From Candidatus Lokiarchaeum ossiferum (lineage in GTDB: Archaea > Asgardarchaeota > Lokiarchaeia > Sigyniarchaeales > Promethearchaeaceae): a stretch of DNA of 32,000 nt. The stretch covers positions 3,930,001-3,962,000 of the forward strand of contig CP104013.1 in assembly GCA_025839675.1 (NCBI GenBank), given 5' to 3'. Below the pieces are notes generated by a model that saw only the letters and a list, made by a program, of their open reading frames with translations, was not told the origin of the DNA and did no database searches. Position numbers and translations under genes: made by a program. This document shows positions 9,092 through 17,226 of this stretch, piece by piece. Position 1 is the first letter of the stretch; every line of letters begins with the position of its first letter.

Positions 9092-10321
9092 ATGAAGATT
9101 CAACAATTGGATCAAAGTTTTGAGAACCGATTTGCTGGATTGCTCAAACGGAATTTTGGACAAGATACTACATCTGCTATGTATAAATACTTTTTTGGAA
9201 TGCCCGAATATTGGTCTAACATCTACGGTTGGGTTGATGGCGCCGATTTAGTCTCTATTTGGAATCAAGTACCTATTGATTTGATGATACGGAAGAAGAA
9301 AGTTAAAGCTTATTTTATAGAAGATGCAATAACCGTTCCTAATTATCGCAATCGAGGTTTAATCAAACAATTATTTTTGGCGAATTGTCACAAAGCTAAA
9401 GAAGAAAAGATTGATTTTATTGCACTCACTCCTTTTAAACATAAATACTATCACGATTTTGGATTTTCATCAGCATTCAATAGGTTTCGATTAAAAATAT
9501 CTTTGGATTTACTATCAAAAACTTCTTCCTCTGATAAGTATTATGTTAAAATTGGCAATTTAGGAGAAGATGAGCAAATACGAACCGATTTCTATGGGAT
9601 GTTGGCGGAATTCTGGAGTAATTCTAATTACAATGAGAGAATGTATACGAATTGGGGGAGTGAAAAATATCTCGAGTTTGTGAAAGATCTAAGGGTTGCA
9701 CTAGCTTATAACTCCACAACCAACCATCCTAAAGGTTTTCTTATATATAAACTCAAAAATCGTGTGTTGAACATTGCTAGTTTTAGGTATACTTCCCTAG
9801 GTGCTTTTGATGCATTGAGGAATCTCATTTCGTCCTATTACGATCAAGCGGCTTCTATTCATTGCACATCTTTGCCTGAAGATTTTCCAATTGATCGTTT
9901 CATTCACTCTTATTGGAATGGTGGGGATGAAGCAATATTCAGCTATCAACCTAGTAAAATGCTACGTGTAGTTTCACCTAAATCTGTTTTTGAAAAGTTT
10001 TTAGATATTGCACCGCAGAAACCTCTTAAAATATTGCTAAATGATTCTCTCTTACCTGAAAACAGTGGAGTATATACATTAACTGAGAAGAAAACCGTTC
10101 AGTTTGAAATCGAAGCAATTCATGATCTTGAAATTACAATTCATGGTCTCGCACAAATGATTACTGGCAGATTCTCGGCAAGTGATTTATACCTTTCTGG
10201 TGAAATAATTTTTCCAGGGAATACCGAAGTTTCCACCTTATTTAGTGAGATTCCAGAGATCATTTTGGAATTAGATCGTCTCTACCCAAAAATAGTGACC
10301 TTTTATCCAGAATATGATTAA
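9092..10321 (+). CDS. Eis-like GNAT family N-acetyltransferase (GNAT plus C-terminal SCP2-like region)
   Basis: The acetyl-CoA-binding motif TVPNYRNRGLIKQLF closely resembles the Eis/COG4552 family motif. The ~409-aa length fits the GNAT-GNAT-SCP2 architecture. I prefer the ATG at 9092 (MKIQQLD...) over the TTG at 8984 in the ORF track, whose 36 extra residues look like non-coding read-through. T10 follows the stop. Confidence 0.6.
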   Translation: MKIQQLDQSFENRFAGLLKRNFGQDTTSAMYKYFFGMPEYWSNIYGWVDGADLVSIWNQVPIDLMIRKKKVKAYFIEDAITVPNYRNRGLIKQLFLANCHKAKEEKIDFIALTPFKHKYYHDFGFSSAFNRFRLKISLDLLSKTSSSDKYYVKIGNLGEDEQIRTDFYGMLAEFWSNSNYNERMYTNWGSEKYLEFVKDLRVALAYNSTTNHPKGFLIYKLKNRVLNIASFRYTSLGAFDALRNLISSYYDQAASIHCTSLPEDFPIDRFIHSYWNGGDEAIFSYQPSKMLRVVSPKSVFEKFLDIAPQKPLKILLNDSLLPENSGVYTLTEKKTVQFEIEAIHDLEITIHGLAQMITGRFSASDLYLSGEIIFPGNTEVSTLFSEIPEIILELDRLYPKIVTFYPEYD

Positions 10322-10329
10322 TTTTTTTT

Positions 10330-10704
10330 TTATTCTGCATCTTTACGAAGATATTCCTTAGCTTCATCCATCGTATTAGCCAGTGTTATTTTCCGATTCG
10401 AAAATTTTATTACCACTTGATATAAAACTTTTTTTATGCCGGTGATCCCTAATACCACACTTTGTTTGACGAATGGTTTGTTATGGGCAGTAAATTCTTT
10501 CATCATTTGAGTCACTTCTTTATTTGCTTTCATGTCGGTTACATCAGATATTACGGAGAGTGAATGGTGTGGTTGGGCTGCGATTACTTTCTTCGCATCG
10601 TTAATCAATGCAGAAACTTCGGTGGAATTGCACCCCGCAAAATCTAAGTGCAATATTTTTTTTTCATGATGAGTAATAAATTTAATTTCCCCCATTTTTA
10701 TCAA
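10330..10704 (-). CDS. hypothetical protein, STAS/SpoIIAA-like fold suspected
   Basis: 124 aa and soluble. The alternating beta/alpha pattern (ILHLDFAGC ... SVISDVTDMKAN ... SVVLGITG ... DEAKEYL) resembles STAS-type small domains. The call rests on pattern only. Confidence 0.35.
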   Translation of the reverse strand: MIKMGEIKFITHHEKKILHLDFAGCNSTEVSALINDAKKVIAAQPHHSLSVISDVTDMKANKEVTQMMKEFTAHNKPFVKQSVVLGITGIKKVLYQVVIKFSNRKITLANTMDEAKEYLRKDAE

Positions 10705-10776
10705 TGATGGATTAATGAGAAAGAAGAAATAGTTTTAGTTTTAGAATGTTACTAATTCCGCAAATTTGTGGAACCC

Positions 10777-11448
10777 TTAAGCAATTGAAGAAAAAATGAT
10801 GATGTAGTGAAGACCTATTCCGAGGGAAACCAAAATATGGAATATTTCGTGAAAATATGTAGGTTTCATAGAAATAAAGAAGAAGGAGCCTACTGAAATA
10901 CTGATACCTGCAAGAATTAGCAAAATAAGCATTACAAGAGGCATGTTTTGTAAAAACTGCTTTATTGGTAATAAGGAAGACCATCCCATGATCAAGTAGA
11001 AACTTGTTATTTTCCATCGCTTTATATGAACGAATTTCACTTTTACGATTGTTCCGACTGCCACCATAAGCCATTGAAAACCTACTGTTATATTGTACCA
11101 TAATCCATTTAGAAAGAGGTAGGATAATGGGGTGTATGCCCCCGCAATTGCAAAAAAGATTGCAATCTCATCAATTTGAGTGAACCAATTATGGTGCTGT
11201 TCATTTTTTTTACGGGAATGCCAAAGTGCGCTTGCAAAGAAAACAAACATGATTGAAACGCAATATATCCAAGAAATTCGCTGTGCTTCCGTATTATCCG
11301 ACGTTTTAAAAATTAGGCCAATTAATCCAATCAACGTTAAAATTCCCGAAATGAGATGGGAATAACAATTGAATTTTTCCTTAGGATTAACAATTTTTGC
11401 CGATAGCGCAAATTTTGTTTGCAATTGTTCCGCAAGAGCTAAGGCCAT
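10777..11448 (-). CDS. hemolysin III / PAQR family membrane protein
   Basis: 223 aa with about 7 predicted TM segments. The N-terminal NCYSHLISG, the central ALWHS and the C-terminal FHEIFHILV (HxxxH-type) match the hemolysin-III/PAQR signature. Confidence 0.7.
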   Translation of the reverse strand: MALALAEQLQTKFALSAKIVNPKEKFNCYSHLISGILTLIGLIGLIFKTSDNTEAQRISWIYCVSIMFVFFASALWHSRKKNEQHHNWFTQIDEIAIFFAIAGAYTPLSYLFLNGLWYNITVGFQWLMVAVGTIVKVKFVHIKRWKITSFYLIMGWSSLLPIKQFLQNMPLVMLILLILAGISISVGSFFFISMKPTYFHEIFHILVSLGIGLHYIIIFSSIA

Positions 11449-11734
11449 AGGTTACAAAACTAAATTAATGGATATTTACCTAGATCATTGTAAAAATTCT
11501 GAAAATACTCGACAAACTTTTCTCTTTTTTGTTGGCTTTTTGGGAGGATTAGGATAGAATGGTACAAATGGTTGAAGTTGTTTTATAAGATGATTAGAAA
11601 AATTTAGGAAAAAATTCCAACGAATATTGTCAGTTTAGACATGTTTAATTTTGTATAGACTGCTCTTTATTCAAAAGTATTCATGATTATTCCTTTTCCT
11701 AAAGTGAAAAATAGGAAAATGAAAAACCGACAAT

Positions 11735-12493
11735 TTAATGATGCAACTCTTCCAATGAAATTTGAATTGGATCATTTTCTAAATATGCATCTTTGTCGAT
11801 ATTTAGTTCATCTACATAAAATATCTTCCCGTAGATTATCGAATTCTCCCCAATATTCACATTTTGCCCCTGGATATCTCCCTCTACTTTGATATCATCA
11901 ATAATGATGTCTTTTTGGGCAGCTAAATTTCCATAGATTCGTGATTTTCTATTGAAAAAGGATTTTACATCCTCCGTTCGGGATATTGTGATGTTTTTGC
12001 CAACAATGTTCCCATAGATTGAGGCTCGCCCTTTAATTGTTAAATTATCTTGTGATGTAAAATTCCCATTGATCTTCGCAGATCCTGCGAACATTGCTTT
12101 TTCAGTAACAAAAACATCTGCTTTGCATTTAAATGCGCCTTCTGCATTTAATTCTCCATTTATTGTGACATTTGAGTTGATTTTACCCATTCCGCCAAAA
12201 TTAACATTATTTGTGACCTTTAAAGAATCATTACATTTGAATAATCCGTCTACTTGTAAATCTCCCCTTACCTCCAATTTTCCCTTTGCACTAAGTAACC
12301 CGTTAGCGTGTAGAGAGTCGCACTTGAAATCTCCTTGAATTTTTCCAAAACCATTAATATTTATGTCGTAAGGCATCTCTCCTGCAGGAATTTTAGCCAT
12401 ACCATTAAATTGCATGGGTTTACTGCTTAATTCTACTTTGAAACCATCATCATTTTCCATTTTTTCTACCTCCTTGAATAAACTATGTTTCAT
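11735..12493 (-). CDS. bactofilin-like polymer-forming (beta-helix repeat) protein
   Basis: 252 aa. A long run of degenerate Gly/Asn-punctuated repeats (GDFKCDSLHANG.., GKLEVRGDLQVDG.., AKINGNFTS.., IYGNIVGKNITI.., VEGDIQGQNVNIG.., IIYGKI) is characteristic of the bactofilin/CcmA (DUF583) right-handed beta-helix. Confidence 0.5.
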   Translation of the reverse strand: MKHSLFKEVEKMENDDGFKVELSSKPMQFNGMAKIPAGEMPYDININGFGKIQGDFKCDSLHANGLLSAKGKLEVRGDLQVDGLFKCNDSLKVTNNVNFGGMGKINSNVTINGELNAEGAFKCKADVFVTEKAMFAGSAKINGNFTSQDNLTIKGRASIYGNIVGKNITISRTEDVKSFFNRKSRIYGNLAAQKDIIIDDIKVEGDIQGQNVNIGENSIIYGKIFYVDELNIDKDAYLENDPIQISLEELHH

Positions 12494-12634
12494 GGGACTT
12501 AAAAAATATTAGAAGTTCAAAAATAATCTTTTGACAAAAAATGGCCTCCATGATAAATTTCGGCCTCTGAAGGGTTTAGGTATCTATCAAGTTTTAATTA
12601 TATTATAACACAACTCTTTGGAGTCATAAGAAAT

Positions 12635-12904
12635 ATGAGCTATTACAGTATTGAATTATCAGCCCAAACCTTTTGGGCAAACTTCGCCGGAATGCACATT
12701 CTTTATCAAGTTGCTATTATTGCTATTGCCACATTCTTAATTGTCATGAGTTTAACATTTGTCTATAATATGGTTGCTCTCGCATTCACATACACGAAAG
12801 ATGTCTTGAAAATGATATATGAATTCTTGGAAAAAGGAGTGAGACAACTCTCCCAAGCTATTGAGAAATTATTTGCACGTAATTCTGAATCTGTACAAGC
12901 ATAA
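12635..12904 (+). CDS. small hypothetical membrane protein
   Basis: 89 aa with one or two hydrophobic helices (ILYQVAIIAIATFLIVMSLTFVYNMVALAF) and a charged helical tail. GGAG lies ~14 nt upstream of the ATG, with an A/T-rich TATA-like tract (ttaattatattataa) further upstream. T10 follows the stop directly. Confidence 0.4.
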   Translation: MSYYSIELSAQTFWANFAGMHILYQVAIIAIATFLIVMSLTFVYNMVALAFTYTKDVLKMIYEFLEKGVRQLSQAIEKLFARNSESVQA

Positions 12905-12964
12905 GTTCTTTTTTTTTTACAAATCTATCTACACAAATATATCAGCCTTCTTTGCAAAAACATG

Positions 12965-13025
12965 AAAAAAAACCTTAGCCAGGGGGCATGAAGCCCCCAT
13001 TATGGACTAAGGTCTATATTTTTTT
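12965..13025. terminator. GC-rich compound hairpin flanked by A8 and T7 (possible bidirectional terminator or IS-end structure)
   Basis: A8 (12965-12972) comes first. The outer stem is accttag(cc) 12972-12980 paired with (gg)a-ctaaggt 13004-13013. The inner stem is gggggc 12982-12987 / gccccc 12993-12998 with loop atgaa. T7 (13019-13025) follows. It sits between the small + strand ORF and the 3' end of the minus-strand transposase. Confidence 0.4.
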
Positions 13026-13043
13026 AACCTTTACACGTTTTAC

Positions 13044-14442
13044 TCACTTCGTATCCTTATCATTCAGATCCTTTTTATTCACCTTGTCAATCATCTGTGT
13101 AAAGCCCCGTGTCAATAGAAAACGACTTTTCGAATTGAGGTGTTCATGATGGTTTACAAAGAACCGTCCTATATCCTTTCGCAATGCACGCACTTGTGCG
13201 GATTGCAGTAAAGTGCCTGTTCGTGCTTTCCGTCGCAGTAGTTTTTGCATCTTTTGTTGAGTTTGCTCATAGTGAGGGTCATACTGAATGTTTTTCACTA
13301 GGATGTTGTACACGATTCGACTTAATTTAAAAGCCACCTTCATGCATGCCTTTTTGAACGGCAACTTACGTGAATGGTACTGTTTAGTAGCAAATTCATC
13401 AAGATCTGTTCCAGAAGCTTTTCCGTTAATTATTAAATTTGCAATCTGGACCAATGATCTCCAGAAGGTGGGCATTTGTGTATCTATTCACATGTCCCTT
13501 ATTAATGCTACTTCCACTTTCTTTTATCTCTGGAACAACGCCACAAAACTTTGCGAATGCTCGCCAATCTCTGAAACGACGAAAATCTCCAACTTCAGTT
13601 AAAATTTGCAGGGCCGATACGGGACCCATGCATGGAATTGTAAGTAATGCTTGATAATTGGTTGTGAATTCGGCATCCGAGAGAATAAATTGCTCTGTCT
13701 GCAACAAGTATTGGGCAGCATGGCGTTCTACTTCGAGAAATTGCTGCAATAATTGTGCTAAATTAAATGTACTCTCCCGTGTCAGAGAAACGGATGCAAA
13801 AGGTGCAAAATCATCGCTATGCTTTTGCAATATCAAGATCGGCATTCCCTCTTCAATCATGTGCAAAAGAAGGGCTTGGAATGCATTTTGGAAGACCCCT
13901 CCATGGTGGATCCAATAGTCAAGGATTTGTAAGGACCATTCCTTGCCCAAATCGAATTTGTGCATGAAGTGAATGCTGCAAAGCACACGGTGGATCCGGT
14001 TTTTAAAGCGAGTTGAATCTTGTCGGCTTCGAGTGTAACTCCGAAGACAATCCCGGAGATGAAAGAATTGAGGATCGCCAACGTGGCTGGGGCGGAGTAA
14101 TTTATCATAAAAAGATGGCTCTGCCATACGTTGAGCATCTGCTTTGTCATGTTTGTTTCCCAAATCTGTTAAACGACGATGGACTAAAAGGGGGTTCATT
14201 GCGATAATTTTCTCTTTTTCTTGTGGGAAGGCTCGTTCTAGCGCATGATACACTGGGCGATGATAGATCCCTGTGCATTCCATTAGATAGTGGGAAATTG
14301 GACAGTACTTTTTCAGAAAGTTCATCATTTCTTGAAGACCTGTTGGGACATTGCGGAAGGAATGCTGTTTTACCACAATAATTTCATTTTGTGCCGTTTG
14401 GGCACAGATACAGACAACAACTGTGTCTCGATGCACATCCAT
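13044..14442 (-). pseudogene. IS110-family (DEDD/RuvC-like plus Tnp domain) transposase, interrupted by a frameshift
   Basis: ORF 13426..14442 starts MDVHRDTVVVCI (the IS110 N-terminal DEDD motif). It contains LLTIPCMGPVSALQILTEVGDFRRF and VVPEIKESGSS, then ends 12 codons after ...NRYTNAH. ORF 13044..13475 continues in another frame with FWRSLVQIANLII, the expected GN..LR..L..A continuation. Joining NAH to FWRSL requires skipping one nt near 13464-13470. A GGAG RBS lies 8 nt before the ATG. Confidence 0.75.
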
Positions 14443-14800
14443 TCCAACTCCAAAGCGAATTATCTGTTCTATAAAAGTTGAATTCGAAGAGAGGTGCAGA
14501 GATCCACGGGATTTACACTTTTTTTTTTGTGTAACCTAAAAGTTTTTGAGGGATTTTGACTCATGCTAGATCACCGAATTCAGCGTCTACTGAATTCGTG
14601 TATTAAGGCATGTTGTTGTAGCAACGTGCCTTATTTCTTCTTTTATCCCCAATTATGATGAGAATTAAAGGATTTTCTATCGGTGACACAGTTCTGCCAC
14701 TCCTTATGATGGTTCTGCCTGTTGCGGTCTGTTCCCGCCTTTTTCACCAAAGTGAAAAAAATCCCAAAAGGAACTGCACCATGTGCTGTAAGGCGTGACA
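13044..14800 (-). mobile_element. IS110-family insertion sequence (minimum extent; true ends not determined)
   Basis: It contains the IS110-type DEDD transposase reading frames plus a >300-nt non-coding region upstream. Hand counts of a few 60-nt lines gave about 38-47% GC here, against about 22% in a 60-nt line of the 1183-aa gene (23001-23060). No terminal inverted repeats were seen, which is usual for IS110. Confidence 0.7.
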
Positions 14801-14804
14801 ATAT

Positions 14805-15044
14805 TTAATTGAATAGCCAATTCAAAATCTTGGATGCAAATGATTGATCTACTTCAACATTCCATCCATTATATTGATTAACTAAAGTCCATGAAAGATG
14901 ATTGACCTCAACACTTCCTGATCCACCTCGAAGGGAATCAAGGAGCATTACGCACAGAGATGACAAACTTTTTTTTGATATGAGCGGTGATAGGATCACA
15001 AAAATTAACAATTGTTCTCCAGAACCTTCAGGATTGGCAGACAT
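14805..15044 (-). CDS. hypothetical small protein (orphan ORF next to the IS; may be spurious or a gene remnant)
   Basis: 79 aa with no recognisable motif. A TATA-like ttatatat (plus-strand 15081-15088, atatataa) lies ~40 nt upstream of its ATG. The ORF ends about where the GC-richer IS-associated sequence begins. Confidence 0.25.
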   Translation of the reverse strand: MSANPEGSGEQLLIFVILSPLISKKSLSSLCVMLLDSLRGGSGSVEVNHLSWTLVNQYNGWNVEVDQSFASKILNWLFN

Positions 15045-15292
15045 GAGATGTCAACCGTAATTAGATTTTTGTCGGCAACATATATAAGTTTTCATCTTAA
15101 GCAGACAGTAGAAACATCCTTGGGGGATGGATGTCTATGCATGCCTTTGATCCTAACAATTCCTTTTGTATTTTCCACGAAAGATTAATTTTATGGCAAA
15201 AGAAAAGGGAAAAATCAAATCGTAAAATAACAATCTCAATTTAAACGCGTTGTAGGAGTGAGGAAAAAAGGTTAAAAAAATAAACAATTAAA

Positions 15293-16129
15293 TTAAATTT
15301 TTAGAGATTTAAAGCACCACTCTTTATCATGGCATTCTTCAACAATCATGGAATAAAGATCTTGGAAGAAACGGGTAGCGGGCCCTCCATCAATTATTGC
15401 ATGATCCATGGCAATTGTCGCTCCCAACATTTCCCGCTCCACAATTTCACCATTTATTTTACGGAGTCTTGTCCCAATCGCTCCAACTCCCATTGATAGA
15501 GTGTGTGGGGTAATGTGTATCATAAATCCTAAATCATTTCCAAACATTCCGACGGAGGTAACACCAACCGTGCCCATGATCTTCTTTTTTATTTCCGGAT
15601 TCGAAAAAATCCGATGAACTACCATCTTACGAATAAATCGCGGGAGTTTTGGAAAAAGTTTTACAATTTTCTTTCCCTTCCCTTTTTCACTGGAGAGAGA
15701 CACTTTTTTCACTTTTTGAGCGGCTCGTATTTCCTCATGAATTTCTCGAAGTGTTTTTTTATGTGCATTTCTCACCGTATAGCTAACAGGTTTTTTTATT
15801 CCATCTACTTCTTTTTCGATATTCGTCATTACATCCACTTCATCAAAGGTATAAAATTTTGATTTTCTTTTCCGAATTGTATTAACTGGAAACTTATGTT
15901 TCTCGACAACTCGAGCAAATGTGTTGATAAGAAATGCGGTGAAGCTCACAGATTCTCCTGTTTCTTCTTTATGACGTTGTAAAGTTTCACGTGCTCGAGT
16001 CACATCAAATTCGGAAAAGGCCCAAATCAGATTTTTTTTCTTTGAATAGGTCGTGTAATCGTCAATAGACTGTGCCATTCGGCTAATTTTTTTTACGGTA
16101 AATTTATGTTCTTGTTCCATATAAGTCAC
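15293..16129 (-). CDS. stand-alone 2-oxoacid dehydrogenase E2-type (CAT-like) acyltransferase catalytic domain protein
   Basis: 278 aa. GTVGVTSVGMFG matches the GGTFTISN.G.FG segment of E2 cores. MDHAIIDGGPATRF matches the catalytic DHR..DG His motif. No lipoyl or E1/E3-binding domain is present. The track start is a GTG. The ATG at 16120, preceded by GGTGA with a 5-nt spacer, is the more likely start. Confidence 0.7.
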   Translation of the reverse strand: MTYMEQEHKFTVKKISRMAQSIDDYTTYSKKKNLIWAFSEFDVTRARETLQRHKEETGESVSFTAFLINTFARVVEKHKFPVNTIRKRKSKFYTFDEVDVMTNIEKEVDGIKKPVSYTVRNAHKKTLREIHEEIRAAQKVKKVSLSSEKGKGKKIVKLFPKLPRFIRKMVVHRIFSNPEIKKKIMGTVGVTSVGMFGNDLGFMIHITPHTLSMGVGAIGTRLRKINGEIVEREMLGATIAMDHAIIDGGPATRFFQDLYSMIVEECHDKEWCFKSLKI

Positions 16130-16138
16130 CAGATTATC

Positions 16139-16957
16139 TTAATCCATCAAATAGCGTTTTCGCATGGTGTTTTCTACCATTTTATGGGGTAGATGTTTAA
16201 GTAAAAAGGTTTTTAGTTTAGCTCCATGACCAATTGAATAATAGGCATGGGGATTTTTGAGATGGATGATTTTATTGATGAGATGTGCCATTTCTTTGGG
16301 TTTTACTGCTTTTGAGAGATTTTCATCCCGTCTTTGCTTTTGATGCTGTGCATTTTTGAAATAGGGAGAATTTTCAGATAAGAACAATTCTTGAGGGATT
16401 GTAGTGTCAACTTCAAAGGGTGCAATATCTACAACTTGAATTCCAAAATTGTTCAGTTCATGCCGTAATCCTTGCGTCATGGATCGCATGGCTGCTTTAG
16501 CAGCACCATAAAAGCTTGAAAATGGAACTGGGGTAACTCCTGCCATAGAACTAATGTTTATAATCAAGCCCGATCTTTGTTGTCGCATTTGAGGGAGAAA
16601 TTGCTTGATAACTTGAACATGTCCAATAACATTGATCTCGAAATACTTGCGAATATTTTCCACAGGAACATCCTCAATCGCACCTACTTGGGAACTACCC
16701 GCATTATTGATAAGAATATCAATATTTCCGGCATATTTCGCCAAATCTTGAATGCTTCCATCATCTGTGATGTCCAATGGCAGATAGCTAACTCCTGGTA
16801 TTCTATTTTCTTTCAAGATTTTTTCTGGATTTCGTGATGTTCCTATGACCGTAAAACCCTTAGAAGCTAACAATCGTGCTGTTTCATAACCCATCCCTCT
16901 TGAAATCCCAGTTATTAAAACTACTTTTCGCGAATCTTCTTGTTTCTTTCCATTCAT
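16139..16957 (-). CDS. short-chain dehydrogenase/reductase (classical SDR)
   Basis: 272 aa. It has the cofactor motif VLITGISRGMG, NNAG and the catalytic YGAAKAA (YxxxK). It lies 9 nt upstream of the E2-like gene on the same strand. Confidence 0.85.
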   Translation of the reverse strand: MNGKKQEDSRKVVLITGISRGMGYETARLLASKGFTVIGTSRNPEKILKENRIPGVSYLPLDITDDGSIQDLAKYAGNIDILINNAGSSQVGAIEDVPVENIRKYFEINVIGHVQVIKQFLPQMRQQRSGLIINISSMAGVTPVPFSSFYGAAKAAMRSMTQGLRHELNNFGIQVVDIAPFEVDTTIPQELFLSENSPYFKNAQHQKQRRDENLSKAVKPKEMAHLINKIIHLKNPHAYYSIGHGAKLKTFLLKHLPHKMVENTMRKRYLMD

Positions 16958-17226
16958 TATGCTAAACCTATCGTTAGCGATAAATCGCTTTAGTTAGATG
17001 ACTATTTAATTAAACCCCTAAAACCATTTAATTGTTCCTTCCCGACCAATAAATGATTTTTAAGCTTTATTTTTGATCATTTTTTTATAGTTGGAGAGAC
17101 ACTACATTATATACGGTTGTGAGTTATCACAAACATAAAGTATATTGATGCGACCAAAACCAAGTTTAACTCCATTAGTGGGGATCAATATAGAGATACG
17201 ATAACTGTTTAAAAGAGGGAAATCAG

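Noticed and set aside
10712-11101. 129-aa minus-strand ORF overlapping the 3' half of the hemolysin-III gene
   Set aside because: It is in a different frame of the same strand as a gene with clear PAQR motifs and 7-TM topology. The translation is junk-like.
13426-13475. Programmed ribosomal frameshift as the explanation for the split transposase
   Set aside because: There is no slippery heptamer (A AAA AAG / A-run type) in the 50-nt overlap. The required shift is +1 (or -2). IS110-family elements are not known to use recoding. A mutation or a sequencing indel is the simpler explanation.
13288-14539. Plus-strand ORFs 13288..13602, 13439..13654, 13658..13918, 13767..13967, 14013..14207, 14290..14481 and 14351..14539, and minus-strand ORF 13857..14150, inside the IS
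   Set aside because: They are antisense to or out of frame within the IS110 transposase frames, which carry the family motifs. The higher GC content of the element inflates the number of random open frames.
12979-15129. Similar G5-containing strings on both sides of the IS (ccagggggcatg at 12979-12990 and ccttgggggatg at 15118-15129) as possible target-site duplication or element ends
   Set aside because: The match needs indels. G5-6 runs followed by atg/cag also occur several times elsewhere in the window (for example near 165, 18455 and 18473). IS110 elements usually make no direct target duplications.
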